A DNA stretch of 64,000 nucleotides from an uncultured Mycoplasmatota bacterium (GTDB taxonomy: Bacteria; Bacillota_I; Bacilli_A; RF39; UBA660): assembly GCA_946497145.1 (NCBI GenBank), contig CAMMJA010000001.1:21334-85333 (forward strand), in the 5' to 3' direction. Below are positions 29,116 to 39,894 of this stretch, in pieces. Within the stretch, counting starts at the first letter, position 1, and each line of letters opens with the position of its first letter. The translations under genes and the position numbers were made by a program. The notes under the pieces are model-generated. The model worked only from the letters and a program-made list of their open reading frames with translations, did no database searches and had not been told where the DNA came from.

Positions 29116-30711
29116 ATGAAAGAAAAGAAAAAATTAAAGTTGAAAAAATTTCGTTTTCATCCTGTTACGACGATGATTTTGTTAATTTTGTTTGTCGTCG
29201 TTTTAAGTGGTATTTTATCTGCCTTTGAAATGCAAGCCACATATAATCAGGTCAATCCTAATACATTACAACTAGAACCAACATTGGTTACTGTTAAAAG
29301 TTTACTAAACTATGATGGCATGAAATACATTTTTAGTAATGCTGCTCGTAATTTTATCAGTTTTGCTCCACTGAGTATGTTATTGATTGCTTTAATTGGA
29401 TTAAGTGTTGCACAAGCAACCGGATTGATCGATACTGTGATTAAACGTTATTTTAGTAAAATGAACAAAAGAACGGTAACTTTTTTGTTGATTTTTTTGG
29501 CCACGATTTCTACACTGATTAACGAAATTGGCTATGTTGTACTCATTCCTCTTGGAGCCATGGTATTTTTAGCCAATGGAAGAAATCCTCTTGCTGGAAT
29601 TATTGCTGCTTTTTGTGGAGTTGCGTTTGGATATGGGGCAACATTGTTTGTCGGATCTTTAGAAGTAGGACTAATTCCTTATACGACTAGCGCTGCTCAT
29701 CTGATTGATGAATCCTTCCATGTTAGTTTAACTTCCAATTTATTTATCATCATTGCTACAAGTATTCTACTTTCTGTTGTAGGAACCATCATCGTGGAAA
29801 AAATTGTGGTACCACGTCTTGGTCGTTATAAAGAGAAAAAAGATTTCAGTCAAACAGAGGAAATTGAACTCATCGATGTGGAAGAAGAAGAACAGACCAA
29901 AATTAAAGAAGAAAAATATCAAAAACGCGGACTTCGTTTTGCTATGATTTCAGGACTGATCGTTGTTTTATCTTTTATTTACATGATTATTCCTAATTTA
30001 CCTGCTTCTGGAATGTTACTCGACATGTCAGAAAATACATATCTTAATCAACTATTTGGAGCAAATTCTTATTTTCAAGATGGTTTTACTTTTATGATGG
30101 CTCTTTTGTTCTTGATTATGGGAATTGCTTATGGAATTGGTGCGAAAACGATTAAAAGTGACAAAGATATCGTAAATGGTGCGACGAAATGTATGGATCA
30201 AATTGGACAATTAATCGTGTTAATCTTCTTCGCATCTCAGTTGATCTCGATTTTTAAAGAAACCAATATTGGAACGATTATAACGGCTTGGGGAGCCAAT
30301 TTGATTAGTGATCTATCATTTTCTGGAATTCCTCTTATCGTAGTGATTTTATTAGTCATAGCCATAGCCAATTTATTTTTAACGACTCCAACTTCCAAAT
30401 GGTTGATTTTATCACCCGTGGTAGTACCAGCATTGATGCAATCTAATATTTCACCACAATTTGCTCAGTTTTTATTGCGTGCAGGAGATTCTATGACCAA
30501 CGGAATTACTCCATTACTTGCTTATTTTGTAATTTTCATTGGTTATTTAAATATTTATAATTTAAATAAAGAAAAACCAATTACCATTAAACAAGCAATT
30601 GGTATGACGATGCCGTATTGTTTACTCATCAGTGCATTTTGGATTTTGTTAGTCATCGGGTGGTATCTTATCGGCTTACCAATTGGACCTGGAGTGTATC
30701 CAACGATTTAA
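29116..30711 (+). CDS. abgT: AbgT-family transporter (p-aminobenzoyl-glutamate/antimetabolite efflux family)
   Basis: 531 aa, polytopic. C-terminus WYLIGLPIGPGVYPTI matches E. coli AbgT ...WYLVGLPIGPGIYP. Confidence 0.75.
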   Translation: MKEKKKLKLKKFRFHPVTTMILLILFVVVLSGILSAFEMQATYNQVNPNTLQLEPTLVTVKSLLNYDGMKYIFSNAARNFISFAPLSMLLIALIGLSVAQATGLIDTVIKRYFSKMNKRTVTFLLIFLATISTLINEIGYVVLIPLGAMVFLANGRNPLAGIIAAFCGVAFGYGATLFVGSLEVGLIPYTTSAAHLIDESFHVSLTSNLFIIIATSILLSVVGTIIVEKIVVPRLGRYKEKKDFSQTEEIELIDVEEEEQTKIKEEKYQKRGLRFAMISGLIVVLSFIYMIIPNLPASGMLLDMSENTYLNQLFGANSYFQDGFTFMMALLFLIMGIAYGIGAKTIKSDKDIVNGATKCMDQIGQLIVLIFFASQLISIFKETNIGTIITAWGANLISDLSFSGIPLIVVILLVIAIANLFLTTPTSKWLILSPVVVPALMQSNISPQFAQFLLRAGDSMTNGITPLLAYFVIFIGYLNIYNLNKEKPITIKQAIGMTMPYCLLISAFWILLVIGWYLIGLPIGPGVYPTI

Positions 30712-30781
30712 AAGTGTAGCAATGCACTTTTTTTTATCTTACACATTATGTTATAATAAAAAAACAGAAAGAAGGGATATT

Positions 30782-31882
30782 ATGGGATTGACAGCCGGCA
30801 TTGTCGGACTACCTAATGTAGGAAAATCCACATTATTTAATGCTATTACTAAAAAAAATATTTTAGCGGCCAATTATCCATTTGCTACAATCGATCCAAA
30901 TGTGGGAGTAGTTACGGTTCCTGACAAACGTTTGGAAGTATTAGAAAACATGTATCTACCAGAACGTCTGATCGCTACAAGTTATGAATTTACAGATATT
31001 GCTGGTTTAGTAAAAGGAGCATCAACCGGAGAAGGATTGGGCAATAAGTTTTTATCACATATTCGCGAAGTAGATGCAATTTGCCAAGTAGTTCGTTGTT
31101 TTGATGATCCAAATATCATTCACGTAGAAGGAAGCGTCGATCCAATTCGAGATATTGAAATTATTAACTTAGAACTGATTATATCGGATCTTGAAATTAT
31201 CAACAATCGTATTGATAAAGTAGAAAAAAAAGCACGCACAACCAAAGACAAAGAAACATTAGAAGAAATCGAAGTGTTAAAAAAAGCCAAAGATGGATTA
31301 GAAAAAAATATTCCACTTCGTTTATTGAATTGGACGAAAGAAGAAAAAAACATCTTAAAACCATATAGTTTTCTTACCTTAAAGCCGATGATCTATCTTG
31401 CAAACATTAGCGAAAATGAATTAGATCAACCAGATAATGAATATGTAAAAGAAGTAAAAGAGTTAGCAAATAAAGAAGGAACGATTGCTATTAAACTATG
31501 TGCGAAAGTAGAATCAGAGTTAAGCGAATTAAATGATGAAGATAAACAAGAAATGTTAGAAGCGTTAGGAATGAAAGAAAGTGGACTAGATCAATTGATT
31601 AAAGCCACATACGATCTTTTAGGCCTTGCGACTTATTTTACGGTAGGTCCTGATGAAGTCCGTGCATGGACTTTCAAAAAAGGCATGAATGCTAAACAAT
31701 GTGCAGGAATCATTCATAGTGATTTTGAAAAAGGGTTCATAAAAGCAGAAGTGATGAGTTACGAAGATTTGGTAACATGTGGCAATGAATTAAAAGTAAA
31801 AGAAGCAGGAAAAGCCCGTCTAGAAGGAAAAGATTATTTAATGCAAGATGGAGATATTTGTCATTTTCGTTTTAATGTATAA
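30782..31882 (+). CDS. ychF: ribosome-binding ATPase YchF
   Basis: 366 aa from [25 protein letters not shown]-terminal TGS domain. The track ORF starts 33 codons earlier. Confidence 0.93.
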   Translation: MGLTAGIVGLPNVGKSTLFNAITKKNILAANYPFATIDPNVGVVTVPDKRLEVLENMYLPERLIATSYEFTDIAGLVKGASTGEGLGNKFLSHIREVDAICQVVRCFDDPNIIHVEGSVDPIRDIEIINLELIISDLEIINNRIDKVEKKARTTKDKETLEEIEVLKKAKDGLEKNIPLRLLNWTKEEKNILKPYSFLTLKPMIYLANISENELDQPDNEYVKEVKELANKEGTIAIKLCAKVESELSELNDEDKQEMLEALGMKESGLDQLIKATYDLLGLATYFTVGPDEVRAWTFKKGMNAKQCAGIIHSDFEKGFIKAEVMSYEDLVTCGNELKVKEAGKARLEGKDYLMQDGDICHFRFNV

Positions 31883-31905
31883 AAGTGGGACGAAAGGAAT
31901 ATTTT

Positions 31906-32679
31906 ATGAAATCGAATATTGTCATTTTTGAATCGGGAATTTCCGATGGAATCATGAGCAGGAATAAGAAATTTTACGATGAAAAATTATCACAAGAAGA
32001 AATTAATCATCTTTTTTTAGAAACGCGTATAAAATTAGGTAAGAAATATCACTTTGATGGAAAGAAAATGTTTCAAGCCCAACAAAAAAGTGACCAAAAG
32101 CAAGTCAATTATCCGGATGGAGCATATATTGTTTTGGATGAAAAAAATATGCGAAAAGAAGATTTTTGGTACGAAGAATTACCGGCTGATATATTGTTGA
32201 TCACAAAAAATTATCCAAATATTGTAGTCGGTCATCAAATGGCTGATTGTCCTATTGTCATCGCCGAAGATAGGGCTGTGGGGGTAACTGCTCTTGCGCA
32301 TTGTGGAGCATCTTATATCGATCGAAATTTACCTAGTCAAATCATCGATGCATTGCAAAAAGAGTATGATAGCAAAATAGAACACATTTATGTTTATATC
32401 GGAAGTTGTGCAAAGAAAGAAAATTATGTTTATGATACTTATCCAACATGGGCAAAAAATACACAATTATGGAAACAAAATATTACAAAGCAAAACGAAA
32501 AATACCATATTGATATGACACAAGCGATCGTGGATCAACTGGAACAAAAAGGAATCAAACACATCAAAATCAGTAATAGAGATACTATTAGCGATCCATT
32601 CTTTTATTCTCATTGTGCAAGTATACAAGGGAAGGAAAATAAGAAAGGACAAAATTTTGTAGGTTTTTTCTACCAATGA
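31906..32679 (+). CDS. pgeF: YfiH/PgeF-family (DUF152, laccase-domain) purine nucleoside phosphorylase / peptidoglycan editing factor
   Basis: GHQMADCPIV, ALAHCGASYI and C-terminal DPFFYSHCASIQG resemble PgeF conserved His/Cys motifs. Confidence 0.55.
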   Translation: MKSNIVIFESGISDGIMSRNKKFYDEKLSQEEINHLFLETRIKLGKKYHFDGKKMFQAQQKSDQKQVNYPDGAYIVLDEKNMRKEDFWYEELPADILLITKNYPNIVVGHQMADCPIVIAEDRAVGVTALAHCGASYIDRNLPSQIIDALQKEYDSKIEHIYVYIGSCAKKENYVYDTYPTWAKNTQLWKQNITKQNEKYHIDMTQAIVDQLEQKGIKHIKISNRDTISDPFFYSHCASIQGKENKKGQNFVGFFYQ

Positions 32680-32775
32680 GTGGACAAATAAAAGGATATT
32701 TGCTATAATACAACCGAGTATTTGAAATACTCCTTGCTACAAAAGTAGCCAAAAGTCCAAAAGGAGGTGTAAAAA

Positions 32776-33078
32776 ATGAAAAAGTATGAAGTGATGTTTA
32801 TCGTAAGACCTGATTTAGAAGAAGCAAACATCAACAGTGTTGCAGAAAGCATGAAGAAAGTATTAACAGATAATGGTGCTACGATCGTAGAAGAAAAACC
32901 AATGGGCCAAAGAGAGTTGGCATACGAAATCAACAAATATAAAACAGGATATTACTTTTTATATGTTGTAGAAGCAGCTGATGCCAAAGCAACCGAAGAA
33001 TTTACTCGTATTGCACGCATTAACGAAGATGTAATTCGCAGTTTGGTTGTCAAAGTAGAAGCCGAAGAAAAGAGGTAA
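32776..33078 (+). CDS. rpsF: 30S ribosomal protein S6
   Basis: 100 aa. MKKYEVMFIVRPDLEE... Confidence 0.95.
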   Translation: MKKYEVMFIVRPDLEEANINSVAESMKKVLTDNGATIVEEKPMGQRELAYEINKYKTGYYFLYVVEAADAKATEEFTRIARINEDVIRSLVVKVEAEEKR

Positions 33079-33081
33079 AAG

Positions 33082-33573
33082 ATGAACAAAGTATTTTTAA
33101 TTGGACGTCTTACAAGAGATCCCGAACTAAGATATACGACGAGCAACATTCCAGTTGCAACGTTTTCGATTGCGGTAAATCGTCCCTTTACGAATCAAGC
33201 AGGAGAAAGAGAAGCCGATTTTATCAATATCGTAGTTTGGAGAAAACAAGCAGAAAACATTAAAAACTATTTGACGCAAGGAAGTCAAATTGCGGTAGAT
33301 GGACGTCTTCAAACTCGTAGTTATGATGGAGAAGACGGAAAAAAACGTTATGTGACAGAAGTTGTTGCGGATAATGTACAGTTTTTAGATTCTAAAAATC
33401 GTACTGGAGATGGTTCTAACAATGGAAATTATTCATCTCAAAATTCAGCAGGACCAACACCATATGATTTTGAAAGCCAATCTGCATCACCTAAGACAAC
33501 AGACGTATCCAACAATCCGTTTGCTGATTTTGGTGCCAATATCGAAATTAGTGACGATGATTTACCATTTTAA
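33082..33573 (+). CDS. ssb: single-stranded DNA-binding protein
   Basis: 163 aa. OB fold and acidic tail ending DDDLPF. Confidence 0.95.
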   Translation: MNKVFLIGRLTRDPELRYTTSNIPVATFSIAVNRPFTNQAGEREADFINIVVWRKQAENIKNYLTQGSQIAVDGRLQTRSYDGEDGKKRYVTEVVADNVQFLDSKNRTGDGSNNGNYSSQNSAGPTPYDFESQSASPKTTDVSNNPFADFGANIEISDDDLPF

Positions 33574-33588
33574 AAAGGAGGAAAAACG

Positions 33589-33807
33589 ATGGCAGAAGGA
33601 TTTTATCGTAAAAAGAAAAAAGTATGCTACATGTGTACAGGAAAAGATATTAACTATAAAGATGTAGACACTTTAAAAAGATATATCAATGAAAAAGGTA
33701 AAATATTACCAAGACGTATTACTGGTGCATGTGCAAGACATCAAAGACACATTGCTGAACAAATTAAACGTGCTCGTGCAATTGCGTTGTTACCATATAC
33801 AAAATAA
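33589..33807 (+). CDS. rpsR: 30S ribosomal protein S18
   Basis: 72 aa. [22 protein letters not shown]. Confidence 0.95.
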   Translation: MAEGFYRKKKKVCYMCTGKDINYKDVDTLKRYINEKGKILPRRITGACARHQRHIAEQIKRARAIALLPYTK

Positions 33808-33858
33808 GGAGTACTTAAGATACTCTTTTTTTATTCAAAATAAGAAAAGGAGCAAGAT

Positions 33859-34446
33859 ATGGAAGTAAAATATTCACCAAAAACCTATCGTTTTGCAAGA
33901 GATGTAGTGGGGTTTGCTATGAAGATTGTATTTCGACCTAACATTGAAGGAATTGAGAATATTCCGCAAGAAGGACCGTTTATCTTGGCGGGAAATCACA
34001 AATCGTTGCTGGATATTCCTCTAGTAGCGATGGCTTCTAAAAAAGATATTCGCTTTATTGCCAAGGAAGAGTTGTTTCATAATAAATTAGCAGGAAATAC
34101 GCTGACAAAGTTGGGTGCCATTCCCATTAAACGCAACCAAGCCGATTTTAAGGCCATTCGTACGTCGATTGACGTATTAAAGAAAGGGAATATCTTAGGA
34201 ATTTTTCCTGAAGGAACAAGACAAAAAGGTGAAGCTTTAGGACAGTTTAAAGCCGGTGCTTCTGTGTTAGCACTAAAGGGAAATTGTCCCATCATCCCTT
34301 TTGGTATCAGTGGCGAATACAAGATCGGAAAAAGCATTACGATACGTTTTGGAGAAGCCATTTCGATAAATAAAGAAGATGTCAAAGCCAATCGGGCCGA
34401 TTCTCAGTTACAAGAACAAGTAAAAAAGTTAGTTTATCAAAAATAA
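33859..34446 (+). CDS. plsC: 1-acyl-sn-glycerol-3-phosphate acyltransferase
   Basis: 195 aa. NHKSLLD (HX4D) and FPEGTR motifs. Confidence 0.85.
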   Translation: MEVKYSPKTYRFARDVVGFAMKIVFRPNIEGIENIPQEGPFILAGNHKSLLDIPLVAMASKKDIRFIAKEELFHNKLAGNTLTKLGAIPIKRNQADFKAIRTSIDVLKKGNILGIFPEGTRQKGEALGQFKAGASVLALKGNCPIIPFGISGEYKIGKSITIRFGEAISINKEDVKANRADSQLQEQVKKLVYQK

Positions 34447-34486
34447 AAATCGTTTGCTGATTATTTAAATCAACAAACGATTTTTT

Positions 34487-37400
34487 TTATTCTACAGATT
34501 GCAGAGAATCCAACATGTCAATTTTCTTTAAAATAAAGTGAGTAACAATTTGAACGATGATGCTGAATAAAATGATAATCAAGAAAGAAATGAAATAACT
34601 AAGCAATGTAATTTCTTTGGTAAATAAGATTTCATCCGTTTCGGCGATCATCAATACAAAAGCATTCAAAGAGAAACCAAAAAGGATACCTACTAAAATA
34701 CCAAGTATCGTTAATATGATCGTTTCACGATATACGTAGATAGATACTTCTTTGTCGTGGAAGCCCAATACTTTTAAAGTAGCAATTTCTCTTCTTCGCT
34801 CGTTGATGTTAATGATCGTCAAATTGTACAAAACAGTGATAGCAAGAAATGTAGAAAAAGCAATGATAAGATAAACGATGTTGTTCATACCTGCAATGAT
34901 GTCCTCGAACATATCCATATTGTCTTCCGTATATTGAATCATGCTAAATGTATTTTGATTCATTACTTGAGTAGCAAGTGTTTCTTTATCAATGTTAGAA
35001 TCTAAGTTCACAAGATAACTGTTGTATGACGTATCGGTAAATATTTTATGATAGTAAGTTTCGTTCATATAAAGGTAATTGTTGATATAATTTTCACAAA
35101 TCGCTGCTACATTCACAAAATATAGTTCGTTGTCTGTATTACGAATGGCAATATTTTCTCCTATTTTAACATCTAACATTTCTGCCATTTTTTGTGTGAT
35201 GATGACACCATTGTCTGACAACTCTAAAGCATTACCATTTAAATCGTTTAAAACGATAAAATCATCCATTGGTTTATCATCTATAACGGCCACAAGTGAG
35301 AAAGATAAATTTTTATTTTGGGCTTTAAAAGTAAAACTTTCAATATGGGTAGCTAAGTAATCCGTAATATTTTGTTGATCAAAAAATTTTGTAATAGTTT
35401 CTTGATCGATTTCTTCTTTTTCATTTAATAATATGGTTGCATCATAAAGCTGAATTTCTTCAAATTGTTTTTGCATAAGATCATTCAAACTATCTTTGAT
35501 CCCAAATCCTGTTAGCAACAAAGCTGTACATCCAGCAATACCGATAACGGTCATAATGATTCGTTTTTTATAACGAAATAAGTTTCGCATGGTTACTTTC
35601 CAAGAAAAAGATAGACGGTTCCACAAGAAAGGTATTTTTTCCAATAAAGTTTTTTTCCCAATTTTTGGTGCCTCTGGTCTTAGAATTGTAGCAGGAACTA
35701 ATCGGAATGTTTTGGAAAGTCCTAAAATAACCACCAAACTCATGAGAACAAGAGTAGTAAAGATAATTAAGAGGCAAGCATATGGATTGGCATAAGTAGA
35801 TAAACTAGGTAAAGTGAACGCTGCTGAATAAACAGTGTACAAAATTCGTGGAATAGTACTATATCCAATCGTTAAACCAACGATCAGTCCTATGATACAA
35901 GCAAAAAGTACATAAAATAAATAACTAAGGGCGATTGTTGACTTGCGAATACCTAATGAAACAAAACTACCAATTTCTCCACGCTCTTCTTCAATCATGC
36001 GCGTCATGGTGTTAAGTCCCATCAAAAAGGCAATTAAAATAAAGAAAACAGGGAATACTTGCGCGATGGAATCGACTTTGGTTGCACTTTCGTAAAAGGA
36101 AGTATAACCAATGTTATCTGCGCGTGTCAACAAATACCAAACCGGCTTTTCTATAGTGGCGACTTCTTCTTTTGCATCAACAATCTTTTGTTCAAAATTG
36201 GCAAGTTCTGTTACATATTGTTGATAATTATCTTCGTACTCCTGATAACCACTAGCAAGTTTTTTTTGCCCGTCAGAAATCGATTGCCAACTGGAATTTA
36301 ATTCTGTTTGAACTTTTTGATAAGTGGATAGCCATTGTTGCTTTTGTGTTTGCAATTGTTCTTCTTGTACTTTGAGTTGCTCTTGTGTGGTTATGAGCAG
36401 TTCTAATTGCGATAGGGTGTTACTAAGAGTAGTAATTTGTTCTTGCACATTTTTATATTCTTCACTGCTAGGATCTAATTGTTCTAATTGTTGGTTCAAA
36501 GAAGAAATGGTTGTTTTTAACTCTTGAAACCTACTAGTCAAAGTTTCTTCTGTTAGTTGATAGTTTGCAAGTTGTGTAGTAAATTCTTGTTTGGCAAGTT
36601 CTAATTGTGCAAATCCATTATTTAATTGTGTTTCTGTAGTGCTTTTTTGGTTTTGTAACGTAACAATCGCATCTTCATACTGTATTTGAGCGTCCTCTAG
36701 AGTTGCTCGCTGCTGTTCTAATGTTTGTTTTGCCTCTTGAAACTTAGCATCATTTTCTTGCCTAATGGAAGCCATTTCGTTTTCTGCTTTGCTGATTTGA
36801 TCCATGGCTTCTTTTAAGATTTCCTCATATCGAGCCGTTTCTCGCAGTGGTTTTAATTCTTGTAATTTGCTATTGACTGTTTCAATAACATCATCATAAG
36901 CCGAAGAGTAAGATATTTTTTCTTTACTTCCTTTGGCTGTTAAATAAATTTCCGTGTAGTAATCTAAAGTAAAGTTATCTTTTGGAATATAAAGATAATG
37001 ATCTAACGTACCACTACCGATCGTTGAAATTCCTTTGTTATCATAGATGTATTCACTACTGTAAACAGTTCCTACCACCGTATATGTTTTGTTTTCAACA
37101 AAGTCGTTGGCTTCTTCTCCTAGGACAAGTTTTTCTCCTACTTCTAAGAAATCGTCTTCTACCAAACACTCCTGATCATTTTTTGGCATTCTTCCATTGA
37201 TTAAAACAGGTTGATTTAAGTTGTCATTAAGAGACATGACTTTGACTACTTTTCCATTGATCAAGGTATCAAATGAATAACTTCCTTCTATTTGATCTAC
37301 TTCTGTTGCCTCTTCAATAGAAGTAAGGTCATCTTGGGTTAATCCCATCGTACTTGTGATTTTAAAATCCATTAAATTGGTATCATCGTAGTAGTGATCT

Positions 37401-37537
37401 AATGTCTTGATCATGTCACTGGATGTTTCTCTTACTCCGGCAAAAAAAGAAGTACCTAAAATAACGATAAAAACCAGTGATAAAAATCGTCCAAGGGATT
37501 TTCTGATTTTTCGAAAACTGTTTTTAAAAATTAACAT
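34487..37537 (-). CDS. ABC transporter permease with two FtsX domains and large extracytoplasmic domains (one ~230-aa Gln/Leu/Glu-rich coiled coil)
   Basis: ~1016 aa. TM1, then a long ectodomain (res ~230-460 heptad-rich: QELKPLRETARYEEILKEAMDQ...QKIVDAKEEVATIEKP), then an FtsX 3-TM block, a second ectodomain and a second FtsX block. Start ATG overlaps the stop of the upstream ATPase (TAATG). Confidence 0.8.
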   Translation of the reverse strand: MLIFKNSFRKIRKSLGRFLSLVFIVILGTSFFAGVRETSSDMIKTLDHYYDDTNLMDFKITSTMGLTQDDLTSIEEATEVDQIEGSYSFDTLINGKVVKVMSLNDNLNQPVLINGRMPKNDQECLVEDDFLEVGEKLVLGEEANDFVENKTYTVVGTVYSSEYIYDNKGISTIGSGTLDHYLYIPKDNFTLDYYTEIYLTAKGSKEKISYSSAYDDVIETVNSKLQELKPLRETARYEEILKEAMDQISKAENEMASIRQENDAKFQEAKQTLEQQRATLEDAQIQYEDAIVTLQNQKSTTETQLNNGFAQLELAKQEFTTQLANYQLTEETLTSRFQELKTTISSLNQQLEQLDPSSEEYKNVQEQITTLSNTLSQLELLITTQEQLKVQEEQLQTQKQQWLSTYQKVQTELNSSWQSISDGQKKLASGYQEYEDNYQQYVTELANFEQKIVDAKEEVATIEKPVWYLLTRADNIGYTSFYESATKVDSIAQVFPVFFILIAFLMGLNTMTRMIEEERGEIGSFVSLGIRKSTIALSYLFYVLFACIIGLIVGLTIGYSTIPRILYTVYSAAFTLPSLSTYANPYACLLIIFTTLVLMSLVVILGLSKTFRLVPATILRPEAPKIGKKTLLEKIPFLWNRLSFSWKVTMRNLFRYKKRIIMTVIGIAGCTALLLTGFGIKDSLNDLMQKQFEEIQLYDATILLNEKEEIDQETITKFFDQQNITDYLATHIESFTFKAQNKNLSFSLVAVIDDKPMDDFIVLNDLNGNALELSDNGVIITQKMAEMLDVKIGENIAIRNTDNELYFVNVAAICENYINNYLYMNETYYHKIFTDTSYNSYLVNLDSNIDKETLATQVMNQNTFSMIQYTEDNMDMFEDIIAGMNNIVYLIIAFSTFLAITVLYNLTIININERRREIATLKVLGFHDKEVSIYVYRETIILTILGILVGILFGFSLNAFVLMIAETDEILFTKEITLLSYFISFLIIILFSIIVQIVTHFILKKIDMLDSLQSVE

Positions 37538-38238
37538 TACCAATCAATCTCCTTAACTAATTTTGGTTGCGTATTGATGATAACGTCTTCAATTTTTCCA
37601 TTTTTTACTTTGATTACTTTATCAGCAATGGAAGCGATGATGGCATTATGGGTAATGATGATGGTTGTCGTTTTGGTTTTATGACAGGTATCTTGTAACA
37701 ATGAAATGATCTTTTTTCCTGTTTTGGAGTCCAAAGCCCCCGTTGGTTCATCACATAATAAAATTTTAGGGTTCTTGGCAATTGCTCTAGCAATGGAAAC
37801 TCGTTGTTGTTCGCCGCCAGATAGTTGTGCTGGAAAATGGTCTTTTCTGTTATAAAGACCTACTCGTCTTAAACTTTCTTTACTATCCGTTGGTTTTTTA
37901 CAAATTTGACTCGCTAAAGAAACATTTTCTAATGCCGTCAAATTCCCAATTAAATTATAAAACTGAAATACAAAACCAATATCGTATCGTCTATAATCAG
38001 TAAGTTTATGAGCATTGTAGTGAGAAATATCTTCCCCATCGATCATAATACTTCCTTTCGTTGGGTTATCCATTCCTCCCAAAATATTTAAAATTGTTGT
38101 TTTTCCAGCCCCACTAGGACCTAAAATAACAACCAATTCTCCTTTTTCAATCTCAAAAGAAATATTATCGATGGCTTTAATGGTGATTTCTCCCATTTGA
38201 TATTCTTTCGACAATCCTTTTACTTGTATGTATGCCAT
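37537..38238 (-). CDS. ABC transporter ATP-binding protein (MacB/LolD-like)
   Basis: Walker [10 protein letters not shown], signature [14 protein letters not shown], Walker [12 protein letters not shown]. Start at [11 protein letters not shown] (RBS AAGGTGA). Confidence 0.9.
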   Translation of the reverse strand: MAYIQVKGLSKEYQMGEITIKAIDNISFEIEKGELVVILGPSGAGKTTILNILGGMDNPTKGSIMIDGEDISHYNAHKLTDYRRYDIGFVFQFYNLIGNLTALENVSLASQICKKPTDSKESLRRVGLYNRKDHFPAQLSGGEQQRVSIARAIAKNPKILLCDEPTGALDSKTGKKIISLLQDTCHKTKTTTIIITHNAIIASIADKVIKVKNGKIEDVIINTQPKLVKEIDW

Positions 38239-38450
38239 ATTTTTCACCTTCTATGTTCTATCTAATCTCCATTACTATTATATCATAAAACCGATCAACA
38301 ATCTTTTTTTCTATAGAAATTTATCGATGAAATTAGACAAAAATCTAATAGAATACGCGTCTCATTATAATGAAAAAAACACAAAGTTATGTTATAATGA
38401 TAAATGAAACGAAATTTTCATTTCGTTTGAAAGGATAAAGGGAGGAAAAA

Positions 38451-39446
38451 ATGAGTATTGTAGAGAAACAAAAACAGTTGAAGAGAATGATTCGACAGGT
38501 GAATAAAGTATTTATTGTCGCGCATCAAGATTTGGACTTAGATGCGATTGGAAGTTCTCTTGGTATGTACGAAATATTAAGACAACATCACAAAGAATGC
38601 TATCTTGTTATCAACGATCGAAAAAATGAACTAGGTGTTCAAAAAGTATTAGCAAAAGTGAAAAACAAAGTGAATATCCTTCGTAGTACAGAAGTTTCCG
38701 ATCATTTAGATGAAAAAGACAAAAAAAACCTATTGCTCATTTTAGATACGAATAAAACTTATTTGTTACCAGATGAAAAACTTTTGACTTTGTTTCAAAA
38801 GGTGATCGTGATTGATCATCACGAGACGACTGAACAATCGATTGCGAAGGGACTAATCATCATTGACACTACAGTTTCTAGCACGTGTGAGATGATTACT
38901 CAGTTGCTTGATGGCTTTAAAGTTACCATAGATCCTTTTATCAGTACAGTACTGTTGTCAGGAATTGTTTTAGATACCAATAACTTTATGTTGAAAACAA
39001 CATCTAAGACGTATTATACGGCATATTATTTAACCAAATTGGGTGCAGATCCCAAAAAAGTACAGTATTTATTAAAACAAGATTTAAAACAGTACATTGA
39101 ACGACAAAAGACCATTACGGACGTTAAAATTTTGAAGCAAAATATTGCGTTGGCGGTTAGTTCTCCTCAAATTATCTACCGTCGCGAAGATTTGGCCAAA
39201 ATTGCCGATACTTTGCTGCTTTTCAATGGAATTGAGGCCTCTTTCGTGATTGGAAAGATCTCCAAAACAGCCATAGGAATTAGTTCAAGATCGATGGGAC
39301 ATATTCCAGTTCAAGATATATTAGAGCAATTGGGTGGAGGAGGAGATGCTTACAATGCTGCGGCTAAAATTGAAAACAGCACGTTAGAACGGGTAGAAGT
39401 ACTTCTAAAAAAACAAATTCGCTTACAAAGGAATGAGGAAAAATGA
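38451..39446 (+). CDS. stand-alone DHH/DHHA1 phosphoesterase (GdpP/NrnA-like) in the gdpP position upstream of rplI
   Basis: 331 aa. DHH motifs [11 protein letters not shown] and VIDHHE. DHHA1 glycine motif [10 protein letters not shown]. No TM, PAS or GGDEF region. Translationally coupled to rplI. Confidence 0.75.
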   Translation: MSIVEKQKQLKRMIRQVNKVFIVAHQDLDLDAIGSSLGMYEILRQHHKECYLVINDRKNELGVQKVLAKVKNKVNILRSTEVSDHLDEKDKKNLLLILDTNKTYLLPDEKLLTLFQKVIVIDHHETTEQSIAKGLIIIDTTVSSTCEMITQLLDGFKVTIDPFISTVLLSGIVLDTNNFMLKTTSKTYYTAYYLTKLGADPKKVQYLLKQDLKQYIERQKTITDVKILKQNIALAVSSPQIIYRREDLAKIADTLLLFNGIEASFVIGKISKTAIGISSRSMGHIPVQDILEQLGGGGDAYNAAAKIENSTLERVEVLLKKQIRLQRNEEK

Positions 39447-39883
39447 AAGTATTGTTTTTAAAAGATGTGAAAAATCAAGGAAAAAAAGGTGATATCAAAA
39501 ATGTAAAAGATGGGTATGCCCAAAACTTTTTAATTAAAAATGGATATGCCACACAATTGACAGAAAAAAATTTAGGAAAATATCAATTAGAACAAGAACA
39601 GTTGAAAAAAGAAGAAGAAAGACAAAAAGAACAAGCATTAAAGTTGAAAGAACAACTAGATGATTTAGTTGTAACCATTCAAGTAAAAGTGGGTTCAGGT
39701 GACAAAGTATTTGGAAGTGTAAGTCCAAAACAAATTAAAGAACAACTAGAGCAAGCTGGCTATAAGATCGAAAAAAGACAAATTGAACTAGAAAATCCGA
39801 TTGCAACATTGGGCTTTCATAAAGTTCCAATTCATTTGTACAAAGGGGTAATTAGTAAAATTAAAGTTCACGTAGTAAAATGA
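39443..39883 (+). CDS. rplI: 50S ribosomal protein L9
   Basis: 146 aa. [30 protein letters not shown]. Confidence 0.95.
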   Translation: MKVLFLKDVKNQGKKGDIKNVKDGYAQNFLIKNGYATQLTEKNLGKYQLEQEQLKKEEERQKEQALKLKEQLDDLVVTIQVKVGSGDKVFGSVSPKQIKEQLEQAGYKIEKRQIELENPIATLGFHKVPIHLYKGVISKIKVHVVK

Positions 39884-39894
39884 GGTGATGTCAA

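Noticed and set aside
30683-30781. Long N-terminal extensions in track ORFs (ychF from 30683, ung from 45163, tadA to 9685, dnaA to 18803, PBP to 49608, AGCS from 43962)
   Set aside because: The extensions start at GTG/TTG or run into upstream genes, RNAs or promoters. Internal ATGs with canonical RBSs give products that match family N-termini.
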